Shown piece after piece: positions 20,317 through 29,959 of a DNA stretch of 64,000 bases. The notes under the pieces are model-generated. The model had not been told where the DNA came from, ran no database searches, and worked only from the letters and a program-made list of their open reading frames with translations. Numbering within the stretch: position 1 is the stretch's first letter; every line of letters begins with the position of its first letter. The position numbers and the translations under genes were made by a program. The stretch is taken from positions 310 through 64,309 of the forward strand of contig CAVIJK010000004.1 of NCBI GenBank assembly GCA_963643345.1, given 5' to 3'. The stretch comes from a bacterium. GTDB lineage: Bacteria > Bacillota_I > Bacilli_A > RFN20 > CAG-826.

Positions 20317-21132
20317 TTACACTCTATTATAAATGAATAGATTGAATTCCAATGTCATAAGAATGCTTTCAGTTGAAAAAAGACGTTTAATAGCATCCTG
20401 GCCGGTCTTGAAAGCGTATGGAGTCATCTCAAATAAATCCTTTACCTGTTGATTGGTGAGTTTAGCCTTATTCGAAACAGTCTTTTTGCCAATCAATTCG
20501 AATCCTTCTAATGCCTCTTCTTTTGGCTCGTTCAATCTAACATTTTCATAGAGTATTTCTTTCATTTCTAAAAGATGGTTTTTCCCTGGTAGCACTCGAA
20601 TGTATATCGCGCCTTTTTTTGCGATTCTGAAAAATTCTTTTTCGTTGATTGGAGCAAAACAATTTAACATGCAGTCAAACGATTCGTTCATGAATGGAAG
20701 ATAATCCAGGTTGCCAATGGAAAAATATAGGTTATCAAGCCTTTCAGCATTCTTTCTAATCGATGCGCAGTTAATTGCCGCTTTGGAAATATCAACACCG
20801 TAAGACTCGGCGTTGATTTCCTTGTGGATTCCAGTTGTGTAATATCCTTCACCGCAGGCCAAATCACAAAATGTTTTTGGATTAACACCTTTGATGATAG
20901 ATATAAGCTCATCTCTTAAGAATGAGTAAGCTCCGCTATTGAGGAATCTTGTTCTAGATTCAACGGACTCCTTTTTGTCCCCTTCCTCAATGAAATGGTT
21001 CCCTTGATTCGCAAGAAGAAGATTCACATAGCCTTTCTTAGCTATATCGTAAGAATGGTTCCTAGAACATTTGTATGTTTTCCCAATTAAACATAGAGAG
21101 CCGTCGCAAACGGGGCATTTATAAATTTCCAT
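20317..21132 (-). CDS. rlmA: 23S rRNA (guanine-N1)-methyltransferase, RlmA/RrmA family
   Basis: N-terminal Zn-finger CPVC...C..H (MEIYKCPVCDGSL...KCSRNHSYD), then a SAM-MTase core (DLACGEGYY). ATG 21132 is preferred to the TTG at 21147. Confidence 0.85.
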   Translation of the reverse strand: MEIYKCPVCDGSLCLIGKTYKCSRNHSYDIAKKGYVNLLLANQGNHFIEEGDKKESVESRTRFLNSGAYSFLRDELISIIKGVNPKTFCDLACGEGYYTTGIHKEINAESYGVDISKAAINCASIRKNAERLDNLYFSIGNLDYLPFMNESFDCMLNCFAPINEKEFFRIAKKGAIYIRVLPGKNHLLEMKEILYENVRLNEPKEEALEGFELIGKKTVSNKAKLTNQQVKDLFEMTPYAFKTGQDAIKRLFSTESILMTLEFNLFIYNRV

Positions 21133-21226
21133 ATTTAGATTATACAAAAAGATGAGCGATGTTGCTCACTAAGGCTGAAAATAAAGGCGATTGTCACACT
21201 AAAATTGCAGGTTTCAAAGATAATAA

Positions 21227-21254
21227 TTGACATAAGCGCTGCCAAAAATATAAT
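21227..21254 (+). promoter_or_regulatory. Near-consensus sigma-70-type promoter for the Ser T-box/serCA operon
   Basis: TTGACA (21227-21232), 16-nt spacer, TATAAT (21249-21254). Confidence 0.7.
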
Positions 21255-21259
21255 GGCGG

Positions 21260-21490
21260 CAAGCCCATAAAGAGACTATCTGCACATTGATTTCCCCTAA
21301 GAGAGATGGCGGTTGGTGAAAGCCATCGAGGATGTTGTGCAAGTCCACCTCTTTGGCGAATCTAACCAATTCCGGGGGTTCCCGTTATAGGACAGACAAG
21401 CGAGGAATACCTAATTAGGGTGGCACCGCGGATAAATAAAATTATTCGTCCCTACTTACTTTTAGCGAGTGGGGATTTTTATTTTAAGAA
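21260..21490 (+). promoter_or_regulatory. T-box leader, Ser (UCC) specifier
   Basis: AGAGA box (~21298). GTGCAAG-TCC-A specifier context (TCC at 21344-21346). T-box sequence AATTAGGGTGGCACCGCGG (~21413-21431). Terminator CCCTAC...GTGGGG plus a T-run (~21450-21485). Confidence 0.85.
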
Positions 21491-21499
21491 AGGGGAATT

Positions 21500-22582
21500 A
21501 TGGGACGCGTTTATAACTTCTCAGCAGGACCCGCAATGCTTCCAATTGAGGTCTTAGAGAGCATACAAAGAGAAATGTTGGATTATGATGGCACCGGAAT
21601 GTCCGTTTTGGAGATGTCTCATCGATCTAAGGCTTTTGAAGATATATTGAAGGATGCGATTAAGGATTTAAGGGAATTGATGAGCATCCCAGACAACTAC
21701 AAAGTTATTTTTGTCCAAGGTGGCGCTTCACAGCAATTCGCCGCAATACCCATGAACCTTATGAAGAAAAAGAAAGCGGATTATATTCTCACAGGAGAAT
21801 TTTCCACTAAAGCGTATAAGGAGGCGAAATTATTTGGAGATGCCAAAGCGATTGCGTCATCTGAGGATAGACAATTCTCTTATATTCCGGACTGCAGTGA
21901 CCTTCCAATTAGAAATGATGCAGATTATGTCTATATATGTGAGAACAACACAATTTATGGAACTAAGTTTCATAAGTTGCCAAACACAAAAGGGAAGGTT
22001 CTTGTCGCAGACCAATCATCATGTTTCTTATCTGAACCGGTTGATGTCTCTAAATATGGAGTAATCTACGCCGGAGTCCAAAAGAACGTTGGACCAGCGG
22101 GATTGGTTATCTTGATTATCAGAGAAGACTTGATTAGAGAAGACTTGGATATCGTTACGCCGACAATGCTCAAATGGAGCACACAGGTTAAAGCAAATTC
22201 CTTGTATAACACGCCTAATTGCTTCTCAATCTATGTCTGTGGGAAAGTATTCAAATGGCTGAAATCACTTGGAGGGCTTGAAGCCATGAAGAAGATAAAC
22301 GAGGAAAAAGCAAAATTGCTTTATGACTATCTCGATAATTCAAAATACATCGCAACCGCAGAGAAGAGTTCTCGTTCGATGATGAATGTAACATTCAGAA
22401 CCGGTGATAAAGATTTGGATGCATTATTCGTTCAAGAAGCATCAAATAAGGGCCTTGTTTCAATTAAAGGACATCGCGTTGTCGGTGGCATGAGGGCAAG
22501 CATCTATAATGCAATGCCCAAAGATGGCGTTAAAACCCTAATCGAATTTATGAAAGAATTTGAAAATAAATATCTAAAATAG
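21500..22582 (+). CDS. serC: Phosphoserine aminotransferase
   Basis: 360 aa. N-terminus YNFSAGPAMLP and class-V aminotransferase sequence, with a PLP-Lys region (GVQKNVGPAG). Confidence 0.95.
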   Translation: MGRVYNFSAGPAMLPIEVLESIQREMLDYDGTGMSVLEMSHRSKAFEDILKDAIKDLRELMSIPDNYKVIFVQGGASQQFAAIPMNLMKKKKADYILTGEFSTKAYKEAKLFGDAKAIASSEDRQFSYIPDCSDLPIRNDADYVYICENNTIYGTKFHKLPNTKGKVLVADQSSCFLSEPVDVSKYGVIYAGVQKNVGPAGLVILIIREDLIREDLDIVTPTMLKWSTQVKANSLYNTPNCFSIYVCGKVFKWLKSLGGLEAMKKINEEKAKLLYDYLDNSKYIATAEKSSRSMMNVTFRTGDKDLDALFVQEASNKGLVSIKGHRVVGGMRASIYNAMPKDGVKTLIEFMKEFENKYLK

Positions 22583-22592
22583 AGGATTATTT

Positions 22593-23759
22593 ATGTATAA
22601 ATACAGCTGTTTAAATGTAATGAAAGATGAAGCATTGAAGCTTTTCTCCAACAATTTTGAAAAAACACAAGGACTAGATGCGGACGTATTACTTGTTAGA
22701 TCCACAAATCTAAATGAGACGCCTACATTGCCTCCAACGGTCAAATTTATCGGTAGAGCCGGCATTGGAGTAAATACAATTCCACATAAAGAATATGCAA
22801 AACAAGGAATCGTTGTCTGCAATACACCTGGCGGAAACGCGAATAGCGTTAAAGAATTAACTACTCTTGCGCTCATCTTGGCCCAAAGAGACATATTTGG
22901 CGCAACGAGTTGGGTCCGCTCTTTAGCCGATGACCCAAATATCGTCGAAATTATTGAAAAGAAAAAGACCATATACACCGGAACGGAAATCAGTGGAAAG
23001 ACACTTGGCGTCATTGGGCTTGGCGCTATAGGCGGGCTTGTAGCGAATACTGCGATTGAACTCGGAATGGATGTTATTGGATACGATCCTTATATCTCGG
23101 TTGAACACGCCTGGGGTTTATCAAAATTTATTAAGAAAGTAGATTCCTTGGATGAATTATTCTCCACTGCCGATATCGTCACCGTCCACACGCCTTTAAA
23201 AGAAGATACAAAATATATGCTCGACAAATCGGCATTTGCAAAAATGAAAGACGGCGTTAAGGTCTTAAATCTTGCAAGAGCGGCATTAGTCAATGATGAT
23301 GACATGACTGAAGCTCTAGATAGCGGCAAAGTCGCAAAATACATAACCGACTTCCCAAATCCAAAATCGGTTAAAATGAAAAACACAATTGTGTTTCCTC
23401 ACATTGGTGGCGCATCCGATGAATCCGAAACCAAATGTTCTGCAATGGCAGTAAGACAAGCTATGGACTTCATCGAAAACGGTAATATCTCAAATTCGGT
23501 CAATTATCCAGATGTAAACGCAGGAAGATGTATGGCAAAGCAAAGAATCACAATCTGTCATATGAATACAACAGGCATGATCGGTGCATTTACAGACGCT
23601 TTAGCGGGGAATAACATTGCCAAAATGTTTAACAATTCACTTGATGATATTGCCTACACAATTTTTGATTTAGATAACGAAGTGAGTGATGATACGATTG
23701 AGGCAATCGAAAAAATACCTAATGTAATTAGAGTGAGAAAACTCAAAGGACTCAAATAA
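22593..23759 (+). CDS. serA: D-3-phosphoglycerate dehydrogenase (2-hydroxyacid dehydrogenase with C-terminal ACT-like domain)
   Basis: NAD-binding GVIGLGAIGG, catalytic region FPHIGGAS, C-terminal regulatory domain, and operon with serC. Confidence 0.9.
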   Translation: MYKYSCLNVMKDEALKLFSNNFEKTQGLDADVLLVRSTNLNETPTLPPTVKFIGRAGIGVNTIPHKEYAKQGIVVCNTPGGNANSVKELTTLALILAQRDIFGATSWVRSLADDPNIVEIIEKKKTIYTGTEISGKTLGVIGLGAIGGLVANTAIELGMDVIGYDPYISVEHAWGLSKFIKKVDSLDELFSTADIVTVHTPLKEDTKYMLDKSAFAKMKDGVKVLNLARAALVNDDDMTEALDSGKVAKYITDFPNPKSVKMKNTIVFPHIGGASDESETKCSAMAVRQAMDFIENGNISNSVNYPDVNAGRCMAKQRITICHMNTTGMIGAFTDALAGNNIAKMFNNSLDDIAYTIFDLDNEVSDDTIEAIEKIPNVIRVRKLKGLK

Positions 23760-24529
23760 TGAAACTTGGAATGCCAATCTTATATGAATACGACTCTTTA
23801 GAAGAGAATTTTAGATTAGCGAAAGAACTAGAGTTGGATTTTGTTGAGCTTAATTTGAATTATGGGTACTGCCGTAGGGAAATGGAAGAAGGCCATGTTG
23901 CAAAGCTACTGGAAAAATATGGTTTAGAAGCCACTCTTCACTTCTACGATGAGGCGGATTTAGGAACATACGATGAGGTTGTTGATGCATATTTGAGTTT
24001 ACTTGCTGAATATGCAAAATTAGGCAATGGCTACGTAAAGATGATTAATTTCCATAATAATGGAGGGCCGGTTGTAACGATATCGGGCACCAGAAACTAC
24101 ATCTACCAAAAAGAATACTCTACCTATCTTCCCAAACTATTAAACAACTTCAAGAAGGCTCAAACGATTTGTAAAGACAACGGTATAAGCATGGTTATTG
24201 AGAACGTGGATACCGCAAAAGGAGCCACATTCTTATTGGATAACTTTAAAGCGTTTAACAAAGAAGGATTCGGACTCAATTTAGATATCGGGCATGATTC
24301 GGTCATGGGCGGCGATTTCTTGAGACTAATCGAGAAAGAGAACCTTCCTTTAAAAGAAATTCACTTCCACGACAGCGATGGAACTAAATGTCATTTGTCT
24401 TTGGGCAATGGCGGCCTTGATTTGAAACATTATAAGGATTTAGCAATTAAAAACGATGCCTATGTCTTAATGGAAGTTAAGTCTAGTAAAGATTTAAGAG
24501 AATCTATCCCATTCTTTAGAAATCTCTAA
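23759..24529 (+). CDS. Xylose-isomerase-like TIM-barrel protein (sugar phosphate isomerase/epimerase, AP-endonuclease-2 superfamily)
   Basis: 256 aa. Its start overlaps the serA stop (TAATG). Pattern of E/D/H metal ligands (VIENV, LDIGH, HFHD) typical of this fold. Specific function unknown. Confidence 0.75.
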   Translation: MKLGMPILYEYDSLEENFRLAKELELDFVELNLNYGYCRREMEEGHVAKLLEKYGLEATLHFYDEADLGTYDEVVDAYLSLLAEYAKLGNGYVKMINFHNNGGPVVTISGTRNYIYQKEYSTYLPKLLNNFKKAQTICKDNGISMVIENVDTAKGATFLLDNFKAFNKEGFGLNLDIGHDSVMGGDFLRLIEKENLPLKEIHFHDSDGTKCHLSLGNGGLDLKHYKDLAIKNDAYVLMEVKSSKDLRESIPFFRNL

Positions 24530-24533
24530 CGTG

Positions 24534-25529
24534 ATGGTAAAATCTTCCGGGCAGAAAACGATGAAGAAGACAAAAACACTCACTGAACCACAAAAAATCG
24601 AGAGAACACTGGATAAGGAATTCAGATACACAATCTGGAGAAGATTTACAGCCGCTTTGCAAGAGTATGAACTCGTAAACGAAGGAGACAAGGTTGCAGT
24701 CTGCATTTCTGGTGGCAAAGACTCAATGCTTATGGCGCTCCTTTTCAAGCATCTGAAGAAATATTCGCCAGTCCATTTTGAACTGAAATATTTGGTCATG
24801 AATCCGGGTTATAACGAAAAGAATCTCGAACAAATTAGAATAAATTTAAAGAAGCTTGAAATACCCGCAACAATCGTTTCGACCGACATCTTTGATATAG
24901 CGAATAAAACGTATAAATCACCTTGTTATTTATGCGCAAAGATGAGACGCGGAGCTTTGTATAGAATCGCTAAAGATTTTGGTTGCAACAAGATTGCATT
25001 AGGACATCATTATGACGATGTTATCGGTACAACCTTGATGAATATGCTTAATGCCGGTTCGTTCCAAACAATGCTTCCAAAACTCCATTCAACTCATTAC
25101 GCGAATATGGAGATAATTCGCCCACTTTACTTTGTAAGAGAATCCGACATCATTGCTTGGAAGGACATGAACAATCTGACGTTCATTGCATGCGCTTGCA
25201 AATTAACAGAAAACACCGCCCGAGTTGGTTCGGAAGCCTCGTTTAGATTGAAGACGAAAGAATTAATTGCCGATTTAATGAAGAACTACTCTCCCTTTGT
25301 TGAAAAGAACATATTCAGCGCTGCCCAAAATGTCACACTAGAAATGTGTCTTGGCTGGACAGACTCAACCGGAGAACACAACTACCTCGAAACGTATGAG
25401 GAAGAAGGCAAAAGAATCAATGCAAAGATCGAGGATGAAGGAATTGAAAAGGCCGCTATCGAAAAAGCGGATCGAGAACACAAAGAATTCGTTATCGACG
25501 AAAGTTTAAACTTCGAAAAAGACAAATGA
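24534..25529 (+). CDS. PP-loop ATPase, TtcA-like tRNA thiolation enzyme with acidic C-terminal extension
   Basis: PP-loop SGGKDS, Cys motifs CYLCAKMRRG and CAC. An ~80-aa Glu/Lys-rich tail. Start uncertain (GTG 24531, ATG 24534 or ATG 24561); no clear SD. Confidence 0.8.
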   Translation: MVKSSGQKTMKKTKTLTEPQKIERTLDKEFRYTIWRRFTAALQEYELVNEGDKVAVCISGGKDSMLMALLFKHLKKYSPVHFELKYLVMNPGYNEKNLEQIRINLKKLEIPATIVSTDIFDIANKTYKSPCYLCAKMRRGALYRIAKDFGCNKIALGHHYDDVIGTTLMNMLNAGSFQTMLPKLHSTHYANMEIIRPLYFVRESDIIAWKDMNNLTFIACACKLTENTARVGSEASFRLKTKELIADLMKNYSPFVEKNIFSAAQNVTLEMCLGWTDSTGEHNYLETYEEEGKRINAKIEDEGIEKAAIEKADREHKEFVIDESLNFEKDK

Positions 25530-25563
25530 AAACAGGACCGAAATCCTGTTTTATTTTTATAAA

Positions 25564-26541
25564 TTAAAGAGTATGCGCTAACAGCTCATCGTAGCGTGCG
25601 CTTGCGATGTCTTTAGGCGCGATGTCAAAGACCGTCTTACATCCAACATCACCGCGTTTGTTCAACCTATAAACTGCTCTAGCATAAGCAATCAAAATAC
25701 TACCAGTGAATTCAGGGTTTGAATCGAGTTTAAGGCTATATTCGATGACATGTTTGCATTCCTCGGATGTAGAGCCGCTCCTTATGACAAATCCGCCGTG
25801 AGGAATACCTGAATGATTCTTTTTGAGTTCCTCTAATGTGATGAAATGGACAGTCGTATCATAATCCGAGAAGTAATTAGGCATCTCTTTGATTTCCTTT
25901 TCAATGCGGGCATGATCCGCTTCATTTGGAGCGACAACAAAGCATTCTCTGGTGTGTTTTTCTCTTGTTGTCAACTCTGGATTCTCACCATTACGGACTC
26001 TCTCAAGTGCGCTTTCTACCGGGATTGTGTATTGTCTAGCGTCAACTACGCCTTTGATTCTTCTTATGGCGTCACTGTGTCCCTGAGATACGCCCTTGCC
26101 CCAGAATGTATAATCCTTTCCATTAGGAAGGATAGCTTCCATGATTGCCCTATTCAGCGAGAACATTCCTGGATCCCAACCTGTTGAAATTAAGGCGGTT
26201 GTCCCGTTTTCCTTTGACGCTTTATCAACGTTTGCAAAGTGTTCTTGAACCCTAGCGTGTGTATCAAAAGAATCAACAACGCAGAAATCCTTTGCTAGAG
26301 CCGGTGTCATTGTCGGTAAATCTGTCGCAGAGCCACCACAAATGACCAAGACATCTATTTTATTTTTATAGGATAACACTTCTTTATCAGAAACAACCTT
26401 AACTCCTTCGGTTTTGATTGTAACCGTTGAAGGATCCCTTCTTGTAAAGACCGCAACAAGAGTCATGTCATCATTCATTTTGATGGCTTGTTCAACGCCT
26501 TTAGCAAGGTTTCCATATCCATAAATTCCAATTCTAATCAT
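25564..26541 (-). CDS. ddh: meso-Diaminopimelate D-dehydrogenase
   Basis: 325 aa. N-terminal IRIGIYGYGNLAKG Rossmann motif and Ddh-like sequence throughout. Confidence 0.88.
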   Translation of the reverse strand: MIRIGIYGYGNLAKGVEQAIKMNDDMTLVAVFTRRDPSTVTIKTEGVKVVSDKEVLSYKNKIDVLVICGGSATDLPTMTPALAKDFCVVDSFDTHARVQEHFANVDKASKENGTTALISTGWDPGMFSLNRAIMEAILPNGKDYTFWGKGVSQGHSDAIRRIKGVVDARQYTIPVESALERVRNGENPELTTREKHTRECFVVAPNEADHARIEKEIKEMPNYFSDYDTTVHFITLEELKKNHSGIPHGGFVIRSGSTSEECKHVIEYSLKLDSNPEFTGSILIAYARAVYRLNKRGDVGCKTVFDIAPKDIASARYDELLAHTL

Positions 26542-26699
26542 ATAATTAAGCCTCTTTTTAACGTCGAGATTATATCATCCGGACAAATACAGTCACTAAA
26601 AATAGGTGAAAACATTTTCATCTCAACTTTTTTAAAAATCATTACAAATTTTGCTTGCCTTTATTCGATATGGTGTTTAAATATGCCCAACGACATCGA

Positions 26700-26953
26700 A
26701 GAGGAAGAGTAGTCTCCACTTGCGTCTAAAGAGAGTCCCAGCAGCTGTGAAGGGATGACGAAACAGAGATGAACATGGCCTCGGAGTTGGCAGGGTGATA
26801 TGTAATCCTGTCCGGGGGAGCCCGTTAAAGCGAAAGAGTATGTTAGTACTCGATGAGGTCTAATCTAGTGATAGGTTGGATGAACTAAGGTGGTAACACG
26901 GGAATTTCTGTCTCGTCCTTAACAAGATTATTTTGTTAGGACGAGACTTTTTA
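26700..26953 (+). promoter_or_regulatory. T-box leader, Met (AUG) specifier, upstream of metNIQ
   Basis: AGAGAG box (~26731). GAAC-ATG-G specifier context (ATG 26775-26777). T-box sequence ACTAAGGTGGTAACACGGG (~26885-26903). Strong terminator GTCTCGTCCTTAACA...TGTTAGGACGAGAC (26910-26947) plus T5. Confidence 0.85.
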
Positions 26954-26985
26954 TTTGAAAGCGTCCTAAGAAAGGAGGACGTCGT

Positions 26986-27987
26986 ACGGCAGAAATCGAA
27001 ATTTGTAATCTCTCAAAGTCATTCGGAGACCGTAAGGTCTTAGATAATGTCTCCCTCGATGTTGAGAAAGGCGATATCTATGGAGTCTTAGGCTTATCCG
27101 GTGCTGGCAAAAGCACACTGGTAAGATGCATTAATGGTCTCGAGACATTCGACAAAGGTGAGATTTATTATCGGGGAAAGTTGCTTTGTTCCCCAAAAAA
27201 GAAGGTGGAAAGACTAGAGAAAAGAAAAATAGGAATGATCTTTCAATCTTTCAATCTTCTCCAGCAGAGAACGGTCCTTGGCAACGTAGAGCTTGCATTG
27301 GAAATTGCCGGAGTCAAAAACAAAAAAGAAAAAGCCTTGGAATGTATCGAAAAAGTCGGATTGACCGAGCATATCAACAAATATCCTTCTCAACTCTCTG
27401 GCGGCCAATGCCAAAGAGTCGCAATTGCAAGAGCCCTTGCCCTTGAGCCGGAAGTGCTACTATCGGATGAGGCCACCTCAGCTCTCGACCCAGAAACGAC
27501 GAATTCAATTCTTGATTTATTCAAAAAATTAAACAAGGAATTGGGATTAACCATCATCATGATCAGCCACCAAATGAATGCGATTGAGAGAATTTGTAAT
27601 AAAGTCGCCATCATAGATAAGGCTGTCATCGTGGAAAAAGGCGATCTCAGCGATGTGTTCTTGAATCCAAAAGCCGATATATCCAAACAGCTTATTTATT
27701 CAGGACACTTAAATACCAAACTTGATGATCAAAGGCTTATCCGAATCATATTTGAAGGCAACTCGGATGAACCGATACTCGCAAACATTATCCAGGAATG
27801 TGGAATCATAGTCTCAGTCGTCTTCGCTGATACGAAATTAATTGAAGGCAAGATATATGGGCAGATGCTGATAAAATGCCCTGCACGAGACAAAGATTTA
27901 ACAAAGCTCCGCAAATACTTGGCACTCCATAACATCACTTATAGAGAAGAGGACGCCAACGGAACTGAGTTGGAAGAGGGGGACTAA
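26986..27987 (+). CDS. metN: Methionine ABC transporter ATP-binding protein; non-canonical start
   Basis: The frame is open from 26959. AAAGGAGGA lies at 26971-26979. Walker A GLSGAGKST is at 27091-27117, which is upstream of the ORF-track start (TTG 27181). Signature LSGGQCQRV, Walker B LLSDEATSALD, and a C-terminal NIL/MetN regulatory domain. No ATG, GTG or TTG lies between the in-frame stop and Walker A, so the start is ACG 26986, ATC 26995 or ATT 27001. Confidence 0.85.
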   Translation, partial: TAEIEICNLSKSFGDRKVLDNVSLDVEKGDIYGVLGLSGAGKSTLVRCINGLETFDKGEIYYRGKLLCSPKKKVERLEKRKIGMIFQSFNLLQQRTVLGNVELALEIAGVKNKKEKALECIEKVGLTEHINKYPSQLSGGQCQRVAIARALALEPEVLLSDEATSALDPETTNSILDLFKKLNKELGLTIIMISHQMNAIERICNKVAIIDKAVIVEKGDLSDVFLNPKADISKQLIYSGHLNTKLDDQRLIRIIFEGNSDEPILANIIQECGIIVSVVFADTKLIEGKIYGQMLIKCPARDKDLTKLRKYLALHNITYREEDANGTELEEGD

Positions 27988-27991
27988 ATAA

Positions 27992-28666
27992 ATGGAAACC
28001 TTCTTAAACATATTGCAAATGATTGGTGAAACAATCGGAATGACATTCATCTCCACTGCCATCGCCTACCTGTTTGGAATTCCACTTGGAGTGTTGCTCA
28101 ATATCAGCGCAAAAAAAGGATTGAAACCAAACAAAATTCTCAATCTGATCATCGGAATTGTGGTTAACATTCTACGTTCGGTTCCATGTTTGATCGTTGT
28201 TGTCATCTGCATGCCATGGACAAGAGCATGGACGGGCAAAGGATCTGGTGAATGGTATACAATCCTGATACCTCTCTCAGTGTGTGCTCTCGGATATGTT
28301 GCACGTGTTGTTGAACAATCATTGAATGAGGTTCCTGCCGAAGAAATCGAAGGAATCAAGTCATTAGGCGCAACAAACTGGCAAATTATCACAAAAGTTT
28401 TAATCCCTGAAGCCAAAAGCAGTCTTATTACAGGCTGCGCGGTAACAGCGGTCAGCATCATAGGTTATACCTCGTTCGCTTATAATATCGGCGCCGGGGG
28501 GTTAATCGCCGGAGTTTACACATACTTCACAAGACATACGGGTGATTACATGGGAAGTTGGTACTTCTGGTTGCTGATCGTAATTGTGGTCGCAATCGTT
28601 CAAATCATCCAAGAACTCGGCTTGTATTTAGCCAAAAAAACAGATAAAAGGAGAAAACTTAAATGA
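27992..28666 (+). CDS. metI: Methionine ABC transporter permease
   Basis: 224-aa MetI-type permease with an EAA-like loop (EEIEGIKSLGAT), in operon with metN. Confidence 0.9.
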   Translation: METFLNILQMIGETIGMTFISTAIAYLFGIPLGVLLNISAKKGLKPNKILNLIIGIVVNILRSVPCLIVVVICMPWTRAWTGKGSGEWYTILIPLSVCALGYVARVVEQSLNEVPAEEIEGIKSLGATNWQIITKVLIPEAKSSLITGCAVTAVSIIGYTSFAYNIGAGGLIAGVYTYFTRHTGDYMGSWYFWLLIVIVVAIVQIIQELGLYLAKKTDKRRKLK

Positions 28667-29532
28667 AATTAACAAAATTATTTGCTGGTTCAGCACTCAC
28701 AATTCTCTCAGTTGGCGCACTCTTTGCTTGCGGCAACTCACAAGACAAGACAATCACCATCTGCGCTTCAGAAGTCCCGCACGCCGAAGTCCTCAATGAA
28801 TGCGTCAAAGACGAATTAAAGAAAAAAGGATACACATTAAAAGTGGATGTCCTTGACTGGACAATTCAGAACGACTCCGTTGCAAATGGCGATTATGACG
28901 CCAACTACTTCCAGCATGTGCCTTATCTCAGCCAATACAAGGGAAAGGTCGAACTTTTTGCAGCTTGCAAAGTTCATTATGAACCTTTAGGAATTTATTA
29001 TGGCAAAGCCACAAAAGGCACATCCATCAAGAGCGGCAAATCATTCGAAGTTTGCAACGATTCATCAAACGCCGTTCGCGCATTCCAACTCTTAAACGCA
29101 AAAGGTGTCATAACCGTCGCTGATGAGGGCGAAAACGCTCCATACACAGCAGATGGCGAATTATCCGCGGCTGTCAGCAAATCCAATAAATGGACATCAA
29201 AGGATGGTGTGCAAGTCACATTGATTGCGGAAGAACTCCTAGCACAATCAAGAAATGACTATGACTTCGCATGTTTACCATGCAACACTGCTTATACAGC
29301 AAAGATTTCTGTTGATGAACGTGCTGATGTTGAAAACGACCCAGAACAGGTTGCCGGAAAGGCTAACGTCATCGCAGCAAGAAAAAATGAATACTCATCA
29401 AATTCGACGTACAAAGCAAAGATCGATGCGTTGTGCGACGTAATGCTTTCAGAAACAGTCTCAGATTTCTTCGCTTCAAAATATTACGGCGCAATGACTT
29501 GTGATTCATCAACCCAAATTGATTTAAGATAA
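28663..29532 (+). CDS. metQ: Methionine-binding lipoprotein (MetQ/NlpA family)
   Basis: Signal peptide with lipobox LFAC-GNS and NlpA-like sequence. Overlaps the metI stop by 4 nt. Confidence 0.88.
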   Translation: MKLTKLFAGSALTILSVGALFACGNSQDKTITICASEVPHAEVLNECVKDELKKKGYTLKVDVLDWTIQNDSVANGDYDANYFQHVPYLSQYKGKVELFAACKVHYEPLGIYYGKATKGTSIKSGKSFEVCNDSSNAVRAFQLLNAKGVITVADEGENAPYTADGELSAAVSKSNKWTSKDGVQVTLIAEELLAQSRNDYDFACLPCNTAYTAKISVDERADVENDPEQVAGKANVIAARKNEYSSNSTYKAKIDALCDVMLSETVSDFFASKYYGAMTCDSSTQIDLR

Positions 29533-29551
29533 AAACGAGATTAAGAGTTTT

Positions 29552-29585
29552 ACGGGGTAGTCAGACTATCCCGTTTTCTTTTTAT
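29552..29585 (+). terminator. Terminator after metQ
   Basis: ACGGGGTAG...CTATCCCGT (29552-29573) followed by a TTTTCTTTTT tract. Confidence 0.8.
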
Positions 29586-29684
29586 GAATGTGTTTTAGTT
29601 TAATGGATAGGCTTTCATAATTCTTTTAAGTGACATAGTTATAAGCTGATGTTTATATATGCTTAATCAAGCGAGGTTTGAATT

Positions 29685-29957
29685 ATGAACAAAGCAATAA
29701 TAACTGTGGTTGGAAAAGACCAAGTCGGCATCATCGCGAAGGTTTGTACCTATTTATCATCAGTCCAAGCCAATGTGGAGGATATTTCCCAAACAATCGT
29801 CCAAGGATATTTCAACATGATGATGATAACCGATATCAAAGGTGCTTCAAAAGAATTCAAGGACATCAAAGATGAACTCAATAAACTCGGTGAAGGACTA
29901 TCGTGCATCATCAACATCCAAAAAGAAGAGATTTTTGACGCAATGCACAGGATTTAA
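29685..29957 (+). CDS. ACT-domain protein (UPF0237 family)
   Basis: 90 aa. [17 protein letters not shown] is the typical ACT beta-alpha start. Always-paired context with the next gene. Confidence 0.85.
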   Translation: MNKAIITVVGKDQVGIIAKVCTYLSSVQANVEDISQTIVQGYFNMMMITDIKGASKEFKDIKDELNKLGEGLSCIINIQKEEIFDAMHRI

Positions 29958-29959
29958 TT

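Noticed and set aside
26542-26700. A lysine riboswitch or other leader upstream of ddh (minus strand).
   Set aside because: The region is too short and AT-rich, and no L-box-like helices or conserved motifs are visible.
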